Positions 1 through 9,233 of a stretch of DNA of 64,000 nucleotides are shown one piece after another. The DNA comes from a virus. The notes under the pieces were generated by a model. That model saw nothing but the letters and a program-made list of their open reading frames with translations. It was not told the origin of the DNA and ran no database searches. Numbering within the stretch: the stretch's first letter is position 1; every line of letters begins with the position of its first letter. The DNA lies in the IMG/VR virus record IMGVR_UViG_3300047457_001149, positions 26,358 through 90,357 of that record. One strand, given 5' to 3'. The position numbers and the translations under genes were made by a program.

Positions 1-873
1 CACTGCTTCTTCGCCAGCCAGTGCTTGAACCCGGACCTCGTGGCGGCCGGCCTGAGCGGGGAAGATCGTCGGCTGGCGCTCGCCAAGGCGTCGATCGACG
101 ATGACCACGCTTGGTCCTACGAGGACTTCCTCAAGGGCAAGGACGACCTCCTCGAAGACAAGGCTTACGGCAAGCGGCTCAAGGCCTTGCGCGACAACAT
201 CAAGCGCCTCGTCTTCGGCATGCTCTACGGCGCCGGCGTCAAGAAGGTTGCGGACATCGCGGGCATCAACCTGGAGCTTGCCAAAAAGATCCAGGAGTTG
301 CTCTTCTCGAAGTTTCCGACTATCAAGAGCTTCATCGACCAGACGATCTGGGAGATGCGGATGTTCGGAATCGTCGAGACGTACCACGGGCGGCGCCGCC
401 GCTTCTCCCTCGGAAAGAGCGCGCCGTCGTCGCTTCGATCCAAGGCGGAGCGGCAGGCGGTCAATTTCAAGATCCAGGCGACCAACAGCGACATCGTCAT
501 GATGGTGCTCTGCTGGGTGTCTGAGGTCATTGAACGCGATCTGAAAGGCCGCCTCTTGCTGACCGTGCACGACTCAATCGGATTTCAGGTGCCGAAGAAG
601 TACGCGCATCAAGTCCCTGAGATCTTCAAGAAGTACGGCACGGACCGCGTCGCTGAGGCTTGCCCCTGGCTGCCCGTTCCCTATCGGTGGGACGTTGAGC
701 TCGGTCCGAACTACGGCGACGTCATCGGCGCAGACAAGTACATCGCCAAGCTTCCGGCGGCCCTCCCTGAGCCGGAGCTTGACGGGTACACCGACGAGGA
801 GATCTTCGACGATCTCCGCGACCCAGAGGCGCACGACCTCGCGCCTCTCACCAAGCCGCGAGAAGCGGCGTAG
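1..873 (+). CDS. polA: Family A DNA polymerase, C-terminal part (5' truncated by window edge)
   Basis: Motif B-like RDNIKRLVFGMLYG, ERQAVNFKIQATNSD, motif C LTVHDSI. Confidence 0.93.
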   Translation, partial: HCFFASQCLNPDLVAAGLSGEDRRLALAKASIDDDHAWSYEDFLKGKDDLLEDKAYGKRLKALRDNIKRLVFGMLYGAGVKKVADIAGINLELAKKIQELLFSKFPTIKSFIDQTIWEMRMFGIVETYHGRRRRFSLGKSAPSSLRSKAERQAVNFKIQATNSDIVMMVLCWVSEVIERDLKGRLLLTVHDSIGFQVPKKYAHQVPEIFKKYGTDRVAEACPWLPVPYRWDVELGPNYGDVIGADKYIAKLPAALPEPELDGYTDEEIFDDLRDPEAHDLAPLTKPREAA

Positions 874-880
874 GAGCCCC

Positions 881-1468
881 ATGTACAAGAAGTCTTCTGG
901 CCTGCCTGACCTTGCCTTCGTCGATGTCGAGACGCTGGGGCTGAACCCGGAGAAGCACCGCGTCATTGAGATCGCGGTGTCGAGGGTTCCGTTCGACGTC
1001 AAGAAGTGGCCGGCCTCGCCAGAGATTCTGGTGAGGCGGTTCACGCCATCGGCTGAAGACTTGGCGCAGGCAGAGCCAGGAGCGCTTCGCGTCAACGGGT
1101 ATCACGCGGGACACCCAGAGTGGTCCGACGCCGTGCCCGACCAGAAGGGCGCTTGGCAGATGCTCAACTCGCTCGTCCTCCGAGACGCCGTGCTCGTCAG
1201 CCAGAACGTCCCCTTCGACCGGGGCTTCATGGAGGCCGAGCTCCGACGGGCCGGCGTGACAAACCCTTTCTGGGCTCGCCGCTTCATCGACATCCAGAGC
1301 TACTCCGCGCTCATCGCGATGGAGAAGGGTCTCAGCAAGTGGGGTCTGCACGACGTCTACTCGGCGCTCGGACTGCCTGCTTTGCAGGAACACCGCGCGG
1401 CGGCGGACGTTCAGCGCGGCATGGCGGTGTTCGAGTACGTCTACGACCGGGTCATGAAAACGGCGTAA
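881..1468 (+). CDS. DEDDh 3'-5' exonuclease (DnaQ-like)
   Basis: FVDVETLGL, SQNVPFDRGF, HRAAADV; AGGAG RBS before ATG 881. Confidence 0.88.
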   Translation: MYKKSSGLPDLAFVDVETLGLNPEKHRVIEIAVSRVPFDVKKWPASPEILVRRFTPSAEDLAQAEPGALRVNGYHAGHPEWSDAVPDQKGAWQMLNSLVLRDAVLVSQNVPFDRGFMEAELRRAGVTNPFWARRFIDIQSYSALIAMEKGLSKWGLHDVYSALGLPALQEHRAAADVQRGMAVFEYVYDRVMKTA

Positions 1469-1486
1469 ACGCGGGTATAAGGCAGT

Positions 1487-1810
1487 ATGGACAACCATCT
1501 GTCTGAAGCGCGTCGAATCGTTCTCAAAACCCTGTCTATCTGGGCCTCCGGACTTAACGGTCCGGAGGCAAAGGCTCTGGCGGCGGCGGCATCGCCGGAA
1601 GAGCTGTCGTCCGCGTACGCGAAGGTTATCGCCTTCGCGGACGAGCACTACAGGCGCGGGCGCGGGTGGGCCTACCGCCGCGACGCAGAGCGGAGCTACT
1701 TCGCCGCAAAAAAAGCGGTCGAGTGGCTCGACCGCGCACCTTCGTACCGCGAGCTGGATGACTGGGGGTCTCGCGTGTACCGCGAGACCTGCATCGCTCG
1801 CTGCTCGTAA
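1487..1810 (+). CDS. Hypothetical protein (cargo of cassette copy A)
   Basis: 107-aa ORF between promoter-like motif and terminator; start MDNHL. Confidence 0.6.
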   Translation: MDNHLSEARRIVLKTLSIWASGLNGPEAKALAAAASPEELSSAYAKVIAFADEHYRRGRGWAYRRDAERSYFAAKKAVEWLDRAPSYRELDDWGSRVYRETCIARCS

Positions 1811-1881
1811 GACCTCCGTCCTGGAGGCACCGCCCCGCGCCGTTCGGCGCGGCCAAAGGGGCGGTTTCTTTGGCCGTCAAT
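1807..1881 (+). terminator. Intrinsic terminator-like hairpin, copy 1
   Basis: ACCGCCCC...GGGGCGGT stem with inner GCGCCG/CGGCGC hairpin, followed by TTTCTTT; near-identical copy at 2852-2927. Confidence 0.75.
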
Positions 1882-1957
1882 TGGGGCCTGCACGACGTCT
1901 ACGCTGCGCTCGGACTGCCGTGTTCAAGTACGTCTACGACCGCGTCATGAAAACGCC

Positions 1958-1986
1958 GTAAAAAAGGTGTTTTGCGGGTAAAAGGC
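1958..1986 (+). promoter_or_regulatory. Putative phage promoter GTAAA-N9-TTGCgGGTAaAAG
   Basis: Same motif at 37896-37923 and 51158-51184; right half also at 1471-1481. Confidence 0.6.
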
Positions 1987-1989
1987 AGT

Positions 1990-2523
1990 ATGGGAAACCA
2001 TCTGCCTTCCTGGGCGGCGTCGGAGCTCGTGCTCCGCGCCATCGACAACACCATCGCCGCGCCCAAGCAGGGCGCGGCGTACTTCCGGCGCCCCGCCGGA
2101 AGTTACATCCCCCACCTCGCGGCGCTCCCCGCCGACGAGGAGGGCCCGCGCGCGGCGGGAGTCCTCCGCGAACTGGCCAGAGATGGCCAGTACGTGGAAG
2201 TGACCGAACAAGTGAGGAAGTCAGGCGCGTCCTTCGGGGCGTGCCGGTACTTCAGGGTCGAGGGCGTGGCCGGGGTGGAGGCAGCGTGCCTCCTCTCCGA
2301 CCTCTCCGAAGACGAGCTCGGGCTGGTGCGCGCCCGCAAGGGCCACCACCAGCCCGAGCTGGTGGCCCCGGGCGTGCCCGCCCGGAACGTCAACTTCCTC
2401 CACGTCTGCGTGGGGGACCCGGGCAACCCGGGCAGCGAGATCGACCCCGCTACGGCGGTGGTCTACTTCTGGGCCCCCGGGCGGGTCCTCCCGCCCGGGC
2501 TCACGGTCAAGCTCGACCGATGA
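1990..2523 (+). CDS. Hypothetical protein (cargo of cassette copy B)
   Basis: ATG 1990 in the same context as ATG 1487; start MGNHL. Confidence 0.65.
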   Translation: MGNHLPSWAASELVLRAIDNTIAAPKQGAAYFRRPAGSYIPHLAALPADEEGPRAAGVLRELARDGQYVEVTEQVRKSGASFGACRYFRVEGVAGVEAACLLSDLSEDELGLVRARKGHHQPELVAPGVPARNVNFLHVCVGDPGNPGSEIDPATAVVYFWAPGRVLPPGLTVKLDR

Positions 2524-2855
2524 CGCCCCCGGACGGTGTCCAGGGGTGGCTCGACTCCTTCGGGAGGCAAGCCCAAAAATGCGCGGCCAGCCGGGAGTGG
2601 ACCCGGCTGGCCTGTAGCCTGACCATGCTGGGCGTCCCCGAGCCCGGTAATTGGATTGAAGACGTCAGCAATGACGTCGACCTCGCCTGGGTGGACGCGC
2701 ACCCGGGCGAGTACGCGGCCCTCGTGGCCGATCTCATCCCGCGAGAGGCTCTCAAGCCCCTTGCGGCGGTGTTCGCGAGGGACGTGAAGACGTCCCGCAT
2801 CTGCTCGCGGCCAGAGTATGCCGCGTTTCTCAGGGACTGGTTGAGGTCTCTGTAA
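2520..2855 (+). CDS. Hypothetical protein
   Basis: ATGA overlap with upstream gene; MTPPDGVQGWLDS; ends just before the terminator. Confidence 0.6.
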   Translation: MTPPDGVQGWLDSFGRQAQKCAASREWTRLACSLTMLGVPEPGNWIEDVSNDVDLAWVDAHPGEYAALVADLIPREALKPLAAVFARDVKTSRICSRPEYAAFLRDWLRSL

Positions 2856-2927
2856 GCCCTCCGTCCTGGAGGCACCGCCCCGCGCCGTTCGGCGCGTCCA
2901 AAGGGGCGGTTTTCTTTGGCCGTCAAT
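2852..2927 (+). terminator. Intrinsic terminator-like hairpin, copy 2, between convergent genes
   Basis: Copy of 1807-1881; abuts terminase stop codon. Confidence 0.75.
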
Positions 2928-4650
2928 CGTCGTCGATCGACGACGTCAGGTTGATCTCGTTGTTCGCGATCTGCAGCGCCATCCTTGCGAAGTTGAGCGA
3001 GTGCAAGAAGTCATCAGGCTGGTTAGGCGCGTGCCGCCAGACCTTCCTCGTCGCTCCCGACTGACCGATGACCTCTTCGTACTCAGCCATGATGTCCTTG
3101 AACGGCTGGTCCATGACGTTCGAGGGTTCGCTGGGGAACTGAAACTCCTTACGGATGAAGCTAGTCATCAGCGAGTCGATCGAGATCGTTCGGTTCACCG
3201 TCACGAACTTCCCCTTCCGGTTCCAGCTCATGTAAGCGGCGGCGTTGCCGGAGTACCGAAACTTGATCACGCGCTGCGGGTTCTGGATCTTGTTGCGGAG
3301 CATGTCCATCGACATATTGCCCTCGCCCGCGTCGCCGCCGATGAACATCTTGTAGTGCGTCGTTCGGTCATAGAGCGCCAGCGTCTCGAAGATCTCTTCA
3401 AACTCGCTGAGCGGGGACGTGCCAGGGAAGATCTTGAAGTAGAGGAGGCGCGTCCGTCCAAGCCCCATCTTCCCGATGATGGTCATCACCGTGCGGGACT
3501 TGATCTGCACGCCCCCGTCGCCCGTGGTGATCGCCGTTCCGCCGCCGGACCAGTCAAGGCCGACTGCGATCTTCGTCACTTGGCTGAGGTTCTCTCTTGT
3601 CGGCGTGCGGCTGATGAGCGGCCCGTCGCAAGCGACTTGAAGCATCTCCTTGCTGACCAGCCGGCGCCCCTGCGAGTCGCTGATACCGAGAACCTCATTT
3701 CGAAAGACCGAGATTGGGTACGCCGAGGCGCCCTCAAGGTTCTGTAGGACGTCCTTCTTCCATTTTGACAGAGCCGCGTCCCTCTGCGGCCCCTCTGGCC
3801 ACGCCGCCGGCACGTACTGCGGCATGATGAGGCGCGAGATGTGATACCCCTTCGTCTGATACACCTGTCCATCCTCATCAGGAGGCAGGCGGTGCATGTC
3901 TACCCAGACGCCTTCGCGCGGGTTCAGGTACTTGTCGCAGCTCTTACAGACCGGGCCGCGCCGCCCTACCTGAGTCTCGCTGACGAGGATCGAGTGCTTG
4001 CCGCATCCGGGACACTTGACCGCCCACTCGGTCTGGCTCGACGCTTCCCAGAGGTGTTCGATCCCGTTCTCCATCGACTTCGGCGTGCCGCAGTAAGTCT
4101 CGTAGGAGCCCCGCTTCGACGCCGCCAGGCACTCTTTGATCACCGGCAGGATTACGTCGAGTGACATGTCCTGCACCTCGTCGAGCATCAGCCGGTCGCA
4201 AGAGCGGCCACGGCATCGGTCGGCGTCGTCCGAGGCGTAGCTGAACTCGATCTGCGACCCGTGCGAGAAGTAGCGCGCGAGCACGCGATTGGTGGTGTCG
4301 GTGTCGACGAAGATGTCCCGGACCAGCGGGGAGAAGAGGATGAACTTCCCGACGCGCGAGACCGAGAAGGTCTGCGTCTGCTCTTTGGTCGGCGCGATGA
4401 AGAAGGTCTTGAAGTGCGGGATCGCCAGACACTCGCCGATGGCGAAGGTCGAGAGCGTCATGCTCTTGCCGACCTGCCGGCAAGTCTTCAGGAGCATCTT
4501 CTGCGGAGAGGCGTCGTAGACCGCCCGAAACATCGGGTAGTCTGTCAGGCTGAACTGCTTGCCCTCCCAGACGAGGAGCTTCTCCGCGAACTGCGACCGC
4601 GTCCCGGCCAGAATCTTCTTGATGTTAGATGGAGTGCTGGAGGTCTGCAT
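2923..4650 (-). CDS. terL: Terminase large subunit
   Basis: Walker A KTCRQVGKS, Walker B LMLDEVQD, coupling motif YCGTPK, CPGC/CKSC zinc ribbon, nuclease GLDWSGGG and PDDFLHSLNF. Confidence 0.88.
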   Translation of the reverse strand: MQTSSTPSNIKKILAGTRSQFAEKLLVWEGKQFSLTDYPMFRAVYDASPQKMLLKTCRQVGKSMTLSTFAIGECLAIPHFKTFFIAPTKEQTQTFSVSRVGKFILFSPLVRDIFVDTDTTNRVLARYFSHGSQIEFSYASDDADRCRGRSCDRLMLDEVQDMSLDVILPVIKECLAASKRGSYETYCGTPKSMENGIEHLWEASSQTEWAVKCPGCGKHSILVSETQVGRRGPVCKSCDKYLNPREGVWVDMHRLPPDEDGQVYQTKGYHISRLIMPQYVPAAWPEGPQRDAALSKWKKDVLQNLEGASAYPISVFRNEVLGISDSQGRRLVSKEMLQVACDGPLISRTPTRENLSQVTKIAVGLDWSGGGTAITTGDGGVQIKSRTVMTIIGKMGLGRTRLLYFKIFPGTSPLSEFEEIFETLALYDRTTHYKMFIGGDAGEGNMSMDMLRNKIQNPQRVIKFRYSGNAAAYMSWNRKGKFVTVNRTISIDSLMTSFIRKEFQFPSEPSNVMDQPFKDIMAEYEEVIGQSGATRKVWRHAPNQPDDFLHSLNFARMALQIANNEINLTSSIDDD

Positions 4651-5308
4651 TCTGTCGTGATCGGCGGTCCATCCGCTCCGTCACGTACAGGAGGCACTCG
4701 ATCAGACGATGCACCTGGGCGTCGACGGCGGACTTTGGCTCGCCCTGCAGCATACGCCGTAAAGCGTCCAAAGGCATCTTCTCGACCGTCTGCCACTCTT
4801 TGCGGGCGCGCGCCGGGAGATCTTTCTCCCCGACGAGCAGGGTGTCGAGCACGTCCTGGCAAAAGGCGAGCTCCTTCGGCGCCAGCGCGAGACCTTCGTC
4901 GTGCAGCACTACGGCGATGGCCGGGTCGATCGTGTCGGGGTCGAAGCCGTCGTCCTCGGTGAAGGTGTGGTCGGTGAGCGCGGTGAGCTCGCGGACCACC
5001 CAGCAAAGCTGCTCGGGCGTCGGGTGGTGGATCGCCTCGCCAGAAGCGGAGACGCCGTCGCAGGCCAAGGCCAGGGCGAAGAGCACGTCGTGGTCGTAGG
5101 TCCAAACCGGGCCAGTGACGACCGTCTGCGCGCCGAGCAGCTTGGCCATGAGCTCGTCAGTCGGCGGAATCTTCGCCCGCTCCAGCTCGATACGAATCGT
5201 GTCCGGCTCCCACGCAGGAAGGGTCAGTCCCAGAACCTTTTGCGCCGCGACCCAAGCGACGGACATCTCGACGTGCGGGTCGCGCAGGATTTCGGACGCG
5301 GCAGACAT
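4625..5308 (-). CDS. Hypothetical morphogenesis-region protein
   Basis: 227-aa ORF coupled to neighbours (TGATG) in the structural operon. Confidence 0.7.
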   Translation of the reverse strand: MSAASEILRDPHVEMSVAWVAAQKVLGLTLPAWEPDTIRIELERAKIPPTDELMAKLLGAQTVVTGPVWTYDHDVLFALALACDGVSASGEAIHHPTPEQLCWVVRELTALTDHTFTEDDGFDPDTIDPAIAVVLHDEGLALAPKELAFCQDVLDTLLVGEKDLPARARKEWQTVEKMPLDALRRMLQGEPKSAVDAQVHRLIECLLYVTERMDRRSRQNADLQHSI

Positions 5309-6354
5309 CAGCCCGCGACCACCGGGACGCCAGCGGCCTTGAGGTGCCGGGCGAGGTCCTGCTTCATGTCCGCCGGGAGGGTGTTGATCACTTCAGCAAC
5401 CTTCTGCGCGTCGACCCGACCGCCGGAGGCGATCTCGGAGACGACATCAGGCCCGAGCGCGTCAGAGAAGAACGACGTCGGCAGCGACGCGAGCTTCGCG
5501 GTGTCGACGAGCTGCCCGCCGAGATCGAGCATGTTGGCAGCCAGCTTCACGGTCGAGTTGAAGACCGCCGCCACGGGATCCGGCACTCGACGGTCGTAGT
5601 GCTTGTCGAAGCCGGCCATGGCGTCGAGGTCTCCGATCGCTTCGGCGAGCTTCACGCGCGTCACCTGGTCGCGAAGGCCGGCGCGGTCTTCGATCACCGC
5701 TCGGGCCATCTTGTTGAAGGCCTCCTTCACTTCCGCCTGCTTTGCCATCGTCGCGCGCGACGCCAGCGTCTCCGCGAGCTTCTGGCGATCCGTCACGGCC
5801 AGCCCCGACCACTTGAGCGACTCGGGCTTGAGCGAGACGTCGTGGCGCTCCGCCGCCTCCGCGAGCTTCGCGAAGGCGTTGGCGCGCGTCTCCGGCCGCA
5901 TCCGGCGGTACTGCTCAAGCAGGCGCTCTTCGGCGACCTTGACCTCTTCGGCGTCGCGGACCGGGTAGAGGCGCTCCTCCGGGAAGATGCACTCGTCGGG
6001 ATCGAACTCCGCGACCTTCTCTTCGACCGGCGCGAGGTAGTCGACTGGGATGCCGTACGCGTCGAGGGCCTCCTCGATCTCAGCGACGACCTCCTTCGGC
6101 ACCAGCGGCACGCGCCGCCCCTCAGAGGCGATCTTGGTCTGCTCCGCCCCGTGCTTGGCGTAGAGGTACGAAACGACCGCGTGCTCCGGCGTGTGCACCG
6201 GGAAGCTCGATCGATCCGGCCACGCGAAGGCGGACGCGGGGATCTGGTCTCGCCGATCCTCGAACGAGGCGTGCTTGACGAGGTCATACGCGCCGGGATG
6301 GCGGTGGAAGAGCATCTGAAGGGTCGAGTGGCCCGGGTCGTTGTAGAGGTCCAT
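5308..6354 (-). CDS. Putative head-associated protein rich in K-x-A motifs, with two DUF6582-like segments
   Basis: FAWPDRSSFPVHTPEHA and FPEERLYPVRDAEEV; 14 of 20 Lys residues are K-x-A. Confidence 0.7.
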   Translation of the reverse strand: MDLYNDPGHSTLQMLFHRHPGAYDLVKHASFEDRRDQIPASAFAWPDRSSFPVHTPEHAVVSYLYAKHGAEQTKIASEGRRVPLVPKEVVAEIEEALDAYGIPVDYLAPVEEKVAEFDPDECIFPEERLYPVRDAEEVKVAEERLLEQYRRMRPETRANAFAKLAEAAERHDVSLKPESLKWSGLAVTDRQKLAETLASRATMAKQAEVKEAFNKMARAVIEDRAGLRDQVTRVKLAEAIGDLDAMAGFDKHYDRRVPDPVAAVFNSTVKLAANMLDLGGQLVDTAKLASLPTSFFSDALGPDVVSEIASGGRVDAQKVAEVINTLPADMKQDLARHLKAAGVPVVAG

Positions 6355-6356
6355 CG

Positions 6357-7364
6357 TCACACCGTGTTGGGGTTAAAGGTAGGGCAGACGGCGTAAACGG
6401 AGGCGAGCGCCGCTCGCTCTGCCGCTTGGGCCGCGTTGACGTTATTCTGCGCCGTCAGCGCGTCGTTGGCCAGCGTCTGGCATCGGGCCTGACAGGCGGT
6501 CACTCGCCGCGCGTAGTCGTCTCGTTGCGACGTCTTGGTGGTGAGGAGCGCCTGATAGGAGCGCGCGTCGCCGACGTAGCTTCCCTGTTGGAGGACGAAG
6601 TTCTTGGCGTTCGTCGAAGCGACGCCGGTCCCGCCCGTGACCGTCTCGGTGATGCCACTGACTACGCCGCGCGCTGTCTCCAGAAAGGCAACGTCCGTGA
6701 CGAGAAAGTTGTAGATCTCGCGCGTCGCCAGACAGTTTTGATCGCACTCGTTCGCGGCCGTGACGGCGGCGTCGCGAGTGGCTTCGGCCGCCACTCGCGC
6801 GTCGCGCGCCGCGACGTACGCCGCCGTGCGCTCTGCCTCGACCGAGGCGCTCGCCTGCGGCAGCGCATACTGCTGCGAGGGATTGGTCGCGAACGCCGTA
6901 AATGAGGTTCGCCACTCAGTAACCAGCGACGAGAGCCTCGCGATGATCTGCCGGTAGGCAGCGTCTGCGGTCGTCAGGTTGTCGTAGATGAGCGTGCAGG
7001 AGCGTGAGAGGTAGACGGTGCGTCCGGTCTGTACGGCGTGCACCCGGTCGCGGGGCAGCTCGGTGATGTCGTTGATGTTGGCGATACGAACGAAGGTGTC
7101 CGGCGGCACGATCAGCACGTCGCTGGAGACAACCCGGATGTACCTTGGCGCGGACGGGTCGGTCTGGCGGATGTCGAAGGGCGTAGCGATCCGCGCGAGC
7201 ACGTCGGATCGAGGATCGGCCGTGTTCACGATCGTCAGGACAAAGAGGTCGGGGAAAGGGAGGTCGCCGCGATCTGTGATCGTAGACGTCACCTCAAGCT
7301 TCACCGACCCGTCGCCGAGCGTGATGGCTCGGCGAACCTGCGTGACGTAGGGGATCGTGCTCAC
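6357..7364 (-). CDS. Hypothetical virion protein with C-terminal coiled coil and Cys pairs
   Basis: 335 aa, Ala/Thr-rich, CDQNC and CQARC motifs. Confidence 0.7.
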   Translation of the reverse strand: MSTIPYVTQVRRAITLGDGSVKLEVTSTITDRGDLPFPDLFVLTIVNTADPRSDVLARIATPFDIRQTDPSAPRYIRVVSSDVLIVPPDTFVRIANINDITELPRDRVHAVQTGRTVYLSRSCTLIYDNLTTADAAYRQIIARLSSLVTEWRTSFTAFATNPSQQYALPQASASVEAERTAAYVAARDARVAAEATRDAAVTAANECDQNCLATREIYNFLVTDVAFLETARGVVSGITETVTGGTGVASTNAKNFVLQQGSYVGDARSYQALLTTKTSQRDDYARRVTACQARCQTLANDALTAQNNVNAAQAAERAALASVYAVCPTFNPNTV

Positions 7365-7753
7365 GGCGACTCCGAGTTGTACACGTAAGCGGTCTCGCCG
7401 CCAAAGGTCGTGTTGGTGCTCGTCGCCCAGAGGCGCGTGAGGATGTCTACCCGCGCGCGGGTTACAGCGGCGAAGGCTGACGCCTGCCCCTTGTTGTCAA
7501 AGCTTCTCGTGAACTCCGCCGCGCGGTAGTACGGCTTGTAGGCGTCGAGCGCCTCGCTGCGCGACGGAGGCCAAGAGAGCATGTCAGCCACCAGCGCGAC
7601 GTGCTGGTAGGTGTCCGTCGCCACGTCGAGCACGAAGATCTCGGGCGCGATGTCGCCGGTCGCGACGACCCGAAAGGTCACGTCGTACAGGCTCGCGTCG
7701 GGCGGGTCCCGAGGAATGACTTCCTCTTTTTGGCTAAGACTGATCCACGCCAT
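7361..7753 (-). CDS. Hypothetical virion protein
   Basis: 130 aa; weak similarity to N-termini of flanking ORFs (PEIFVL / PDLFVL / YMFVV ... VA). Confidence 0.65.
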   Translation of the reverse strand: MAWISLSQKEEVIPRDPPDASLYDVTFRVVATGDIAPEIFVLDVATDTYQHVALVADMLSWPPSRSEALDAYKPYYRAAEFTRSFDNKGQASAFAAVTRARVDILTRLWATSTNTTFGGETAYVYNSESP

Positions 7754-7754
7754 G

Positions 7755-8675
7755 TCAGGGTCCGATCGTGTGCGTGATGGTGTTCAGGAACGCGGTCTGA
7801 TTCTGCGTCGCCGCGCGCTGCAGCGCGTCTACTTGTTGCCGCGACACGAGAAAGAGGTCTTCAACAGCCTGGGCGGTGGGGAGGATCTGCGTGAATCGAG
7901 TCGTCAGGCTGAGCGGCGTAGGGCTCGGCTCGCGGAAGGTCACGCCGCTGTTGCCCGTCGCGAGCATCGTCGCGCCCTGCATGAGCTTCCATGTCAGGTT
8001 CGCCGCCGCGGTCGGAAAGTACTTCGGTTCGACGCCGGCCGGGACCGCGCTCGGGTCGATCTTCACGAAGTAAAAAGCCCAGTTGCCGCTCACGCCCGGA
8101 GAGGTGAATGTCCGGTCAACTTGTGCAACATTACCCAAGTAGGATACAATCCGAGCCCAGCCGTTGTTCCCAGGGTCGGTGAAGTTAGACAGGTACACCC
8201 AGCGCCCGATGTCGTCGGGGGAGAAGTTGTAGCTCGGAATGACCAAGCCCACAGGTCCGCAAGAAGCGTCGCCGCCGGAGGCGCGGGTTTGTCGAGCTAG
8301 GACGGCGAATTCAGTGTCGGTGTAAGGAGCCTCGGAAGTGAGCCAGGTTGACGGAGGGTTAGTGAAGCCGACCGTCTGCCCCGGAACGACGGAGGCCAGC
8401 GCGACGTCTCCACCAACGCCACGAAGGTCGAGGCAGACGATATTGCAGGGAGGCAGGTTTGTGACGTCGAGCAGCGTCGCGACGCGCTCAAAGGTCTCGA
8501 AGCCGCCAACCTGGCGGACGACGAACATGTAGGCGAAGTAAGAGGGGTCCGTCGCGATCGGCGGTGACCCTGGCGGTACGCTGATCGGAACAGTTACCGC
8601 CCACTGGATGGCTTGATAGCCTTCAGGGCGGATGTACCCCTTCTGCTGAATACGAAGGGTGACCGGAGTAGTCAT
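7755..8675 (-). CDS. Hypothetical virion structural protein
   Basis: 306 aa beta-rich; FSPDDIGRWVYLS...NNGWARIVS motif resembling segments of the baseplate protein; RBS GAGGA upstream. Confidence 0.7.
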   Translation of the reverse strand: MTTPVTLRIQQKGYIRPEGYQAIQWAVTVPISVPPGSPPIATDPSYFAYMFVVRQVGGFETFERVATLLDVTNLPPCNIVCLDLRGVGGDVALASVVPGQTVGFTNPPSTWLTSEAPYTDTEFAVLARQTRASGGDASCGPVGLVIPSYNFSPDDIGRWVYLSNFTDPGNNGWARIVSYLGNVAQVDRTFTSPGVSGNWAFYFVKIDPSAVPAGVEPKYFPTAAANLTWKLMQGATMLATGNSGVTFREPSPTPLSLTTRFTQILPTAQAVEDLFLVSRQQVDALQRAATQNQTAFLNTITHTIGP

Positions 8676-9231
8676 GAAGTTCCTCGGAGTCGATCAGTCG
8701 CTTCGCGAACCAGGGGCCGCCATCGTGGATGAGCGAGGACAGATCCTCGCAGCTACGCACCTAAAGATAAGAGGGGAGGTGCGCGGCGGCCAGCGTTTGG
8801 CCGAGATTCTCGGCTTTATTCGAGAGGTCTGCGCCCCTCACGACATCGTCGCAGCCGCGATGGAAGGCCCCAGCCTCAACAGCACGCACCGAGAGTTTGA
8901 CCTCGGAGAGGTGAGCGGCTTGGTGCGCGCGGAGATCTACGCCGAGCACCGCGTCGAGCCCTGGGTGGTGGCGCCGACGCAGCTCAAGCTCTTTGCGACG
9001 GGGCGCGGCGCAGCGGACAAAGACGAAGTCATGAACGCCGTAAACAAGCTCTGGGGCCTCGACGTCGGCAACGACAACGTCGCTGACGCAATCGTCCTCG
9101 CGCAGATCGCGAGGTACGCCTACACGCAGGCGCGCCCGATGACGCGCGCGCAGGCGGACGTCATTGTCTCCTTGACCAAGCCAAAAGCGGCCAAGCGCCG
9201 CGCCCCGCGCAAGAAGGTTACGAACATCTGA
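8674..9231 (+). CDS. ruvC: RuvC-like Holliday junction resolvase
   Basis: MKFLGVDQSL, AAMEGPS, PTQLKLFATGRGAADK, NDNVADA: catalytic D/E/D/D pattern. Confidence 0.88.
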   Translation: MKFLGVDQSLREPGAAIVDERGQILAATHLKIRGEVRGGQRLAEILGFIREVCAPHDIVAAAMEGPSLNSTHREFDLGEVSGLVRAEIYAEHRVEPWVVAPTQLKLFATGRGAADKDEVMNAVNKLWGLDVGNDNVADAIVLAQIARYAYTQARPMTRAQADVIVSLTKPKAAKRRAPRKKVTNI

Positions 9232-9233
9232 TT

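Larger units (their letters stand above)
1340..2005 (+). repeat. Imperfect direct repeat of exonuclease 3' end + promoter + first codons (1340-1502 and 1882-2005)
   Basis: Shared TGGGG.CTGCACGACGTCTAC, GTACGTCTACGACCG.GTCATGAAAACG and GCGGGTA.AAGGCAGTATGG..AACCATCTG; second copy lacks about 49 nt (1378-1426). Confidence 0.9.

Noticed and set aside
1758-1961. 67-aa ORF ending like the exonuclease (YVYDRVMKTP)
   Set aside because: Crosses the terminator and arises from the duplicated, internally deleted exonuclease fragment
8674-9231. RuvC as TnpB/Cas12 or transposase
   Set aside because: 185 aa canonical resolvase with no zinc finger, REC domain or IS ends
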